DNA of 23,511 nucleotides from positions 1 to 23,511 of the forward strand of contig JAUQYZ020000211.1 in assembly GCA_030587475.2 (NCBI GenBank), written 5' to 3'. This DNA comes from Candidatus Sigynarchaeum calidifontis. GTDB lineage: Archaea; Asgardarchaeota; Lokiarchaeia; Sigyniarchaeales; Sigyniarchaeaceae. Of this stretch, positions 1-6,659 are shown one piece after another. The notes under the pieces were generated by a model, which saw only the letters and a program-made list of their open reading frames with translations, was not told where the DNA came from and did no database searches. The translations under genes and the position numbers were made by a program. How positions within the stretch are numbered: the first letter of the stretch is position 1; every line of letters starts with the position of its first letter.

Positions 1-1363
1 GGTGTAGTCCCATGGCGTCCTTGAACCCGAGATCGCCCGTGTAGAGCACGCCTTCCTTGGAAATGGTCTTTCGCGTGGCCTCCTCGTTCCCGAAGTATCC
101 TTTAAAGACTTGCGGCCCGGTATAGCAAATCTCGCCGATTTCACCATCTGGCAAGGCATCGCCCGCGGTACCATCGGGGTTCATCGGCTTCCTGATTGAA
201 AGCGGGGTGATCGGATAATCGAAACCCACGGATTGCATGATTTGCTCGATCTTCCAGTCGATGCGCGTGTACGAGCACAAGCCAGATATTTCAGTCAAGC
301 CAAGACCGGTTCCATAATGCGGGGCCATGGTCGCGAGCCGCTCGAGGAACTTGCGCGAGACGCTTTGCCCGCCATACACGACGTACCGGAGGGAGCTGAT
401 GTCATATTTCGCGTAGTCGGGTAGCCGCCACTCCATGACGAAAAGCGACGGGATCTGGCCGAAGATCGTGACCTTGTAATCCTCGATCGCTTTCATGGTC
501 TTGTCGGCGAAGAATGCATGGAGGATCACGGCGATCCCGCCAGCGAAGATGGTGGTCATCAGCTGTTCCGTCTGGCATCCGACGTGGGACGGGGGCAAGT
601 TCACGAGCATGCGATCCTTTTGCGTGATCTCGCACGCTTTAGTCATACAGAAGTTTTGCGCTACGATGCCGACGTTCGTGAGCATCGCTGGCTTCGGGAA
701 GCCCGTCGATCCGGTCGTGTAGATGATGAAAATGGGGTCGTCCTCTTTCACCTTCGATGCGACCTCTTCCAGGTGCTGTAATTTTCCCGATAGCTCCCCG
801 GATTTCAAGTATCCCGCGTATTTTTCCCGCGCTTCCTTCACGAACTTGAGCCAGCTCAACCACGCCTTGTCCCTTGGGGCGTCTTCGATAGGCGCGAACA
901 TCATAAAGTACTTGATGGACGGGATGGCCTTGTGGATGCTCACGGCATAGTCCTTGAACGGGTAGTAGACTTGCTTCCCGTAACGGTCTTCCGTTTCCGT
1001 GTTGTCGAGATGCACGAACATCTTGAGCTTGGATTTCAAGAGATCCGCGGATTTCACCAGTTCATCTTCCTTGAGGCGGGAATCAAGGGGCGCGAACATG
1101 ACGCCGAGCTTGAAGCATGCGTATTCGAGGAAGATGTGCTCGGGAAGCAAGGGTAGCATCGATGCGACGATGTCGCCCTTTTCAAAGCCGTAATCGAGGA
1201 GCTGGAGGGCGATCATGTTGATCGCGATCTCGAATTCCTTCCACGTGATGAATCGACCCTCGTCAGCATCGATGATCGCGTAGTCGTTCGGCCGTTCTTT
1301 TGCGTGTTTGGAAACGTAATCGTTAAGGAAATGGGGGATGGTGTTGAATTCTTCGATTGACAT
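1..1363 (-). CDS. Long-chain acyl-CoA synthetase / AMP-binding (ANL) enzyme, 3' end runs off the window
   Basis: Not in the ORF track because it has no stop in the window. Manual translation from ATG 1363 gives MSIEEFNTIPHFLNDYVSKHAKERPND..., with P-loop IIYTTGSTGFPK, GLGLTE (YGxTE variant), GEIGEICYTGPQVFKGYFGN and LYTGDLG. GGAGG at 1376-1380 on the minus strand. Confidence 0.93.
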   Translation of the reverse strand, partial: MSIEEFNTIPHFLNDYVSKHAKERPNDYAIIDADEGRFITWKEFEIAINMIALQLLDYGFEKGDIVASMLPLLPEHIFLEYACFKLGVMFAPLDSRLKEDELVKSADLLKSKLKMFVHLDNTETEDRYGKQVYYPFKDYAVSIHKAIPSIKYFMMFAPIEDAPRDKAWLSWLKFVKEAREKYAGYLKSGELSGKLQHLEEVASKVKEDDPIFIIYTTGSTGFPKPAMLTNVGIVAQNFCMTKACEITQKDRMLVNLPPSHVGCQTEQLMTTIFAGGIAVILHAFFADKTMKAIEDYKVTIFGQIPSLFVMEWRLPDYAKYDISSLRYVVYGGQSVSRKFLERLATMAPHYGTGLGLTEISGLCSYTRIDWKIEQIMQSVGFDYPITPLSIRKPMNPDGTAGDALPDGEIGEICYTGPQVFKGYFGNEEATRKTISKEGVLYTGDLGFKDAMGLH

Positions 1364-1383
1364 CGTTTCATTTGGCCTCCTTT

Positions 1384-2862
1384 CTAATAATGTCCGGCGG
1401 TGAGTCCGGTCTTGATATCTTCGAGCAATTGCGCGTATTCCTTCTTGATATGGTAACCCGCGACGGGGGTCGTCCCTTCCAACGGTTCCATGCCGCCCTC
1501 GTCGATATACTCGTTCAAGTCGAAGAAATAAGCAAACCAATCGTTCACGTGTTGGAATATGAGAGTATTTTCTGGTTTCGTGTGAGATTGGGCGATGAGA
1601 TAATTGCCGACGTCCTCGAACGGTTCCCCGGGCGTGCCAAAAATGCTAAAATCGAGCCGCCGGGAGCTCGTGCTCGATGTGAGGTGGAATTTCATGTAGG
1701 TAATCTTGCTATAGCAGTGCATCGACAGGCTGCGATGCTTGATCGCCAGCCCGGGGAAGTTCGGTTCTTTTTCCTCGTTCCCCGCGATGAGCAATACTAC
1801 CGGTAAGAGGAAATACTTTTTCACGGCATAGACGATCCGGTTCTGCAGCTTGACGAGAGCGGAGTGGCCAGGCCTCGAGGAATGGTATCGTGTAAAATCT
1901 CTCAATGGTACCCAGATCGTGCGAACATAAATCTCGCATTCAAACTTATCATAATACGCGTCATCGGGGATATCCCTCGCGACTTGCAAAGCCCGATCGC
2001 CAAGGAAATCACCGAAGCGGTGCATGTCCTTGGCCTTGCCGTCCTGGCCGAGGATCTGGTTGGTGGTGAGGTGATCAAAATCCGTGCCACACGTAACGAT
2101 AGGGTTGATATCGCCTCCCGAACCGCCAAAAAAGACGGCTTTCACTGCCCCTCCCGTGAGTTTCTCGACTCGGGCCACCATGCGACCCGGGTAATCTCCG
2201 GACACCTTGTCATTCGTTCTACCAAGTGTCGTGGAATGACAAGTGAAATTCACCATGAATCCAAGCAATGTATTCGTTTTCGCATGCTTGAACGCGATGA
2301 TGCCGAGTGGCGACTTGGACCGGCGCGTTGGATGGCGCCGGTTGATGATCACGTCCTCCATAACCGTGGTTTTCGTGTATGCGACCTTGCATGGAACGAG
2401 CTCTCTCACCATTGCATCCACCATCTTCAGGATGCGATAGGTGATGAACACCATGTATTTGTCGTTCCGGTTGAGGCCGAACATGATGCCCCGCATGATA
2501 GCCGGAACGTTGCCCGGCCAGTGAAACTCGCCAGTTAAATCAGGAGCTTGATGCGTGTGGGTAGCGTGGACGATGATCTGGTTCGGGTTGATCCAGAAGC
2601 GTCTTTGCACCTTTTCCTTTATATAATCCGCGAATTTCATCGGGATCTTGAGCGTGTCGATCGAGATGAACAAGAAGCGCCTTTCAATGTTGTCCAACGT
2701 GGTATCCTCGACCAGCACGGCATGGACCATGAGAGGGTCGAGAATTCCCCTTGCATAGTGGTTCCTGGAATATCCTGCCATGGCGATCTTCGCGGCTTCA
2801 CCCTTTCCAGCCAACAACTCTGGCGGCGTGATATCTATCTTCCCGAACGCGACCTTCATCAT
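1384..2862 (-). CDS. Neutral/alkaline ceramidase-like Zn amidohydrolase (paralog A)
   Basis: N-terminal DITP...MAGY...GILDPL, HATHTHQAP (HTHSGP-like Zn motif), NRR, NFTCHSTT, SGDYPG, GSGGDINP, PGEPF: the motif order of the ceramidase N-terminal-domain family. Substrate unproven. Confidence 0.8.
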   Translation of the reverse strand: MMKVAFGKIDITPPELLAGKGEAAKIAMAGYSRNHYARGILDPLMVHAVLVEDTTLDNIERRFLFISIDTLKIPMKFADYIKEKVQRRFWINPNQIIVHATHTHQAPDLTGEFHWPGNVPAIMRGIMFGLNRNDKYMVFITYRILKMVDAMVRELVPCKVAYTKTTVMEDVIINRRHPTRRSKSPLGIIAFKHAKTNTLLGFMVNFTCHSTTLGRTNDKVSGDYPGRMVARVEKLTGGAVKAVFFGGSGGDINPIVTCGTDFDHLTTNQILGQDGKAKDMHRFGDFLGDRALQVARDIPDDAYYDKFECEIYVRTIWVPLRDFTRYHSSRPGHSALVKLQNRIVYAVKKYFLLPVVLLIAGNEEKEPNFPGLAIKHRSLSMHCYSKITYMKFHLTSSTSSRRLDFSIFGTPGEPFEDVGNYLIAQSHTKPENTLIFQHVNDWFAYFFDLNEYIDEGGMEPLEGTTPVAGYHIKKEYAQLLEDIKTGLTAGHY

Positions 2863-2872
2863 AAAACACCTT

Positions 2873-4324
2873 TCAAAAATGACCCGCAGTTAAACCCTCT
2901 TCGATATCTTCAAAGAGTTGGATAAAGTGCTTCTTTAAATACTTCCCAGCAACAGGCGTCAAGCTTTCCATCGGCTCGCCTCCTCCATACGTGTATTCGC
3001 TATAATCGAACAAGTATGCCATCCAGTCCGTCGACATCTGGAACATGAACGAGTTTTCGAAGCCCTCCTTCGTGCGCCGCTGGATGTACCTGCCAAAATG
3101 GCGCAATGGTTCCCCGGGAATGCCGATGATGTTGAACGAGCCCGTCTTGCCCGTAGCGGTGTCCGTGGCCACGAAGCGGAAATACTGGATTTTGGTGTAA
3201 CACTGGACATTCATGAGACCCCGGTGCTTGAGAGCAAGGCCCGGGAAGTTCGGCTCGTTATCGTGCGTGATCGCAAACACGATGGGTAACAAAAAATACT
3301 TCTTGCTTAAATGCCAGAACCTGTTCTGGATTCTCACGAGGGGATTGTATTTGCCCTTGAAATCATCGATTGGCAACCACGTGAGACGCGTGTAACATTT
3401 TGCCTCGATGCGATCGAAATACGCGCTGGCAGGTATGGACCTGGCAAAATCAAGCGCGATATCACCGATCATTCCACCATATTCGTCTATGGCATTTTCA
3501 CGTGCTGCTTGCGAGATGCGAAAACGCACGCGCTTGCCGGCGAACCTGGCCTTCCGGATTTTCTTGATATAGGTATGGAGGCCCGCAAACGATGGGCTCA
3601 CGTCCCCCGCTGCATCGTTAAAGAAGACCGCTTTGAATCCCGAACACGACTCGATCCGTGCGACAAGTCGCCCCGGCCATTCAGCTGAGAGCAAGTAATT
3701 CCGGTTTGACAAGATGGTCGGGTGCGCGCCGAAATTTACAGCCACGCCGATAATGGCATCTGTATCCAAGTTCTTGAAGCAGATAATACCCAAGTCTGGC
3801 ACGTAGGGTTTCGTGTAGTGGCGGCGGTTGTGGATCACGTGTCCATTGATCACGGTCCTGGCCCAGGCGATCTTGCACGGTTCCATGTGCTGCAACATCT
3901 CTCCGACCATCTTCACGATCTGGCGCGCCATCCACACGAGCAGCTTGTCGTTGCGCCCCGTGCCGAACATGATGCTGCGCACGGTGTTGCCGAGATTGCC
4001 GGGCCAGTGGTACTCTCCCGTGAGATCTAGCCCCGCGTGTGTATGGATGGCATGGATCAGGACCGCGCCCGGGGCGATCTTATATGCATCGAACAACTTT
4101 TCCTTGATATAGTCCGTGAACTTGAGCGGCACCTTCATCGTGTCGATCGAGATGAGGAGCACGCGTTTCTTGACGTTGCCAAGGATCGTGTCCTCGATCA
4201 AGATGCCCCGCGCGTAGAGCGTATCCATGACGCCTTGCACGCGCTTTTTGCGGTAGTATCCAGCCAGCGAGAGACCGGACAGGTCTGCGGGAGTTACCGA
4301 GACCTTGCCAAACGCGACGTGCAT
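2873..4324 (-). CDS. Neutral/alkaline ceramidase-like Zn amidohydrolase (paralog B)
   Basis: LAGY...GVMDTLYAR, HAIHTHAG, NRR, NFGAHPT, SAEWPG, AAGDVSP, PGEPL. Colinear with paralog A, sharing DLTGExHWPGN, KKYFLLP, EPNFPGLA and C-terminal GLTAGH(Y/F). Confidence 0.8.
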   Translation of the reverse strand: MHVAFGKVSVTPADLSGLSLAGYYRKKRVQGVMDTLYARGILIEDTILGNVKKRVLLISIDTMKVPLKFTDYIKEKLFDAYKIAPGAVLIHAIHTHAGLDLTGEYHWPGNLGNTVRSIMFGTGRNDKLLVWMARQIVKMVGEMLQHMEPCKIAWARTVINGHVIHNRRHYTKPYVPDLGIICFKNLDTDAIIGVAVNFGAHPTILSNRNYLLSAEWPGRLVARIESCSGFKAVFFNDAAGDVSPSFAGLHTYIKKIRKARFAGKRVRFRISQAARENAIDEYGGMIGDIALDFARSIPASAYFDRIEAKCYTRLTWLPIDDFKGKYNPLVRIQNRFWHLSKKYFLLPIVFAITHDNEPNFPGLALKHRGLMNVQCYTKIQYFRFVATDTATGKTGSFNIIGIPGEPLRHFGRYIQRRTKEGFENSFMFQMSTDWMAYLFDYSEYTYGGGEPMESLTPVAGKYLKKHFIQLFEDIEEGLTAGHF

Positions 4325-4401
4325 TGCATATCCCGACGGGAGAAATTATTTGATGCCAAGAAAGGTGGGCATTTATGCTTGTATAACGGAACTAGAATAT
4401 C

Positions 4402-5175
4402 ATGCGCATGCTCTTCATAGGGCCGCACCCGGATGACATTGAGTTCACGTGTGCCGGGACGTGCAAGCATGCCGTGGACCTCGGCTGGGACGTGCACGAG
4501 CTTCTTATGACGAGCGACGAATACGGGACGCCGAGAAACGAGTTCAAGGGCAAGCGGATCAAGCGGATCCGCGTTCACGAGATGATCGAGGCCGCGAAGG
4601 AATATGGAACGAACATGGACGGGACCCCGAGGCTCCAGCTGCACTGGTTCGGGGAGATCGACGGGCACTTGCGGTTCAACAACGAGGTATTGGACAAGTT
4701 GAAGCGTTTCATCCTCGAGCTGCGACCGCGTGTCGTCATCGCTCCGGACAGCTTCTTCACGATGGACTATCACGTCGACCACATGCGAACCGGCTGGCTT
4801 GCCTACATCGCCGTCAAGGCGATGCCGCCCGCGGAGCGCCCCATGCTTCTCCTCTACCATTCCACGGCGAACGACTTCTACATCCCCATCTACGACCTTG
4901 CCATTAAGATTGCCGCGTGGTCGAAGCACCGGTCGCAGACCACGCCGCTCGCTTGCAAGGTTCTCGCGAAAGTGCACGTGCTCCTTTATTTCTTGCGCCG
5001 GCGAAAGACCGGTGCGGCTATCGCGGAGGGATTCCGGCGCGCGAGGTTTGCCGATGGAGAGAACGAGCCGACCCGGCTATGCCAGAAAGCATGGCACTGT
5101 TTCTTCTATCGGAACAACAAGGGCTTCCCGCCCACGTATTATCTTCCGACTCCAGACGCGTTGGGATTGCGGTGA
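4402..5175 (+). CDS. PIG-L/LmbE family Zn-dependent de-N-acetylase
   Basis: GPHPDDIE motif, RxxE (RVHEMIEAA), DG, HVDH, and HRSQ...EGF near the C-terminus. Confidence 0.9.
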   Translation: MRMLFIGPHPDDIEFTCAGTCKHAVDLGWDVHELLMTSDEYGTPRNEFKGKRIKRIRVHEMIEAAKEYGTNMDGTPRLQLHWFGEIDGHLRFNNEVLDKLKRFILELRPRVVIAPDSFFTMDYHVDHMRTGWLAYIAVKAMPPAERPMLLLYHSTANDFYIPIYDLAIKIAAWSKHRSQTTPLACKVLAKVHVLLYFLRRRKTGAAIAEGFRRARFADGENEPTRLCQKAWHCFFYRNNKGFPPTYYLPTPDALGLR

Positions 5176-5217
5176 ATCGCGAATGAAGCTTTTAAGAAAG
5201 GATATTTTTGATAATGG

Positions 5218-5225
5218 AAAAAAAA
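5218..5225 (-). terminator. Oligo-T (T8) archaeal terminator of the small membrane-protein gene
   Basis: A8 run on + (T8 on -) about 28 nt after the TAG at 5253-5255. Confidence 0.55.
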
Positions 5226-5252
5226 GGACGGCGGGATGGGCACATCTCGTTT

Positions 5253-5489
5253 CTAGAACAGATGTCCTAACCATCCGAAAAACTGCAAGGTCCATATGAT
5301 TGCGGCGATAATTCCTAACACGAGGCCAATGATGCCAAGAACCCTGCCTGTGGACCTTCCCTTCATCGCGATAAGGCCGAGGATTATCGCGACGACTGAC
5401 ATGATTGCCCAGCCATTCTACACGGCAATGGCGATTATCCCGCAAATCAAGGAGATTATTCCTACTACCAGCGTGTCTGATTTTGCCAT
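5253..5489 (-). pseudogene. Small 3-TM DUF4190-like membrane protein interrupted by an in-frame TAG (pseudogene or readthrough)
   Basis: Manual translation: MAKSDTLVVGIISLICGIIAIAV*NGWAIMSVVAIILGLIAMKGRSTGRVLGIIGLVLGIIAAIIWTLQFFGWLGHLF*. The TAG is codon 24 (5418-5420). TATA-like TTTTAAAA upstream (~5534-5542 on -) and a T8 tract downstream. Confidence 0.75.
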
Positions 5490-5623
5490 TTTCGCATCCT
5501 TTTATGAAGTGGGAAGAAAACTTCCTCCTTCTATTTTAAAAAGGGTTTCGAAATCGTGGCATAATCATAGCGACCGTGGTGCTCGTGGACCGAATTCTCT
5601 TGAGACACGCGGTGCTGAAGGTA

Positions 5624-5636
5624 CACTTTTAAAGTG
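5624..5636 (+). promoter_or_regulatory. TATA box (TTTTAAAG) inside a near-perfect palindrome CACTTTTAAAGTG, upstream of the DMT gene
   Basis: About 20 nt upstream of ATG 5655, consistent with a leaderless transcript. Confidence 0.5.
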
Positions 5637-5654
5637 CTTAGGCGAACTCGAGGC

Positions 5655-6551
5655 ATGGAAAACTATTTTATTGGCATCATGCTGGGCATCACGGCGGGGG
5701 TTTGTCTCAACATCGGGTTCATCTTGCAGAAGAAGGCTGTCAACGACATCTCTCCCGAGGCCAGGTCAAAGAAATTGTTATGGAAGCTTATCCGCAACCC
5801 CGTCTGGCTTGTCGGGCTAGTCGTCCAGATCCTCGGGAGTGCCGTGCTGGTCATGATCGCGCAGTTCTTCATCGGGCCGGCCTTGTTACCTGGGCTTATG
5901 GCCGCGGGCTTGATCGTGATGGCAATTGGTGCCGCCAAGATCCTCAAGGAGACGTTGAAACGGGCGGAATACGTCGGGATCACCCTGATGATCCTCGCGA
6001 TCGTCTTGCTGGCACTCACCGGGCTTTCCGTGGATGTCGAGAGCCAGAACCTCCTCGATCCCGGTTTCTTATTGCGCGCGTCTCTCTTCACCATCATCCT
6101 TTTCGCGGTGATCCTCGTATGCGAGATTTTCCAACGAAAAGTCGAGCGTTTCCGCGGCATGCTGCTAGCCCTCCAGTCCGGGACCTATCTTGCCCTAGCG
6201 AATTTCTGGGTGAGCCCTTTTAGCATCAACCTCGGGCATTTATTCGGGGGGATGCTCGTGTGGCCTGACGAGTTCATCCTCGGGCTGGTGGGGGGGATAA
6301 TGCTGGCTATAACGAACGTCCTCGCGATCTCGGTGCTCCAGAAGGCATTCACCTGCGCCCAGGCGACTAATGTCGTTCCCCTCCAGCAATTACCCATCAA
6401 CATAGCCCCTGTCTTCGTGTATTTCGGGATCTTCTTGCTCGCTCCTCCCACGCCTTATGCTATCCCATTCATGATCGCCGGAATCGCAACGATCCTTGTC
6501 AGCTCCTTTTTCTTGACCAAGCGACAAGCCAAGCTCGGGGAGATAAAGTAG
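5655..6551 (+). CDS. DMT-superfamily (EamA/NIPA-like) membrane transporter, ~9 TM
   Basis: Repeated hydrophobic helices; NIGFILQKKA...LIRNPVWLVGL...GPALLPGL...ILKETL resembles the NIPA-type LQKK...WWxG...AP..LVxPL...LxExL pattern. ATG 5655 preferred over GTG 5634. Confidence 0.8.
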   Translation: MENYFIGIMLGITAGVCLNIGFILQKKAVNDISPEARSKKLLWKLIRNPVWLVGLVVQILGSAVLVMIAQFFIGPALLPGLMAAGLIVMAIGAAKILKETLKRAEYVGITLMILAIVLLALTGLSVDVESQNLLDPGFLLRASLFTIILFAVILVCEIFQRKVERFRGMLLALQSGTYLALANFWVSPFSINLGHLFGGMLVWPDEFILGLVGGIMLAITNVLAISVLQKAFTCAQATNVVPLQQLPINIAPVFVYFGIFLLAPPTPYAIPFMIAGIATILVSSFFLTKRQAKLGEIK

Positions 6552-6611
6552 CTCCATGTCGAATTCATTTTTCATTCTCCCGGAAGGTCAGACGTCGTTT
6601 AGGACATATAG

Positions 6612-6619
6612 TATAAAAG
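6612..6619 (+). promoter_or_regulatory. TATA box (TATAAAAG) of the JAMM gene
   Basis: Canonical TATA sequence about 40-55 nt upstream of the candidate starts at 6660/6666/6672. Confidence 0.6.
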
Positions 6620-6659
6620 CCCTCGTGGTAATCCAGGATTCAATTTCGAACGAAACGAC

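Noticed and set aside
233-1193. Several short ORFs in the first 1.2 kb
   Set aside because: All are shadows of the minus-strand acyl-CoA synthetase that runs off the window.
5296-5820. 174-aa plus-strand ORF, and the 5077..5445 minus-strand ORF
   Set aside because: These are the antisense and alternative-frame shadows of the small membrane gene at 5253-5489; they also overlap neighbouring genes.
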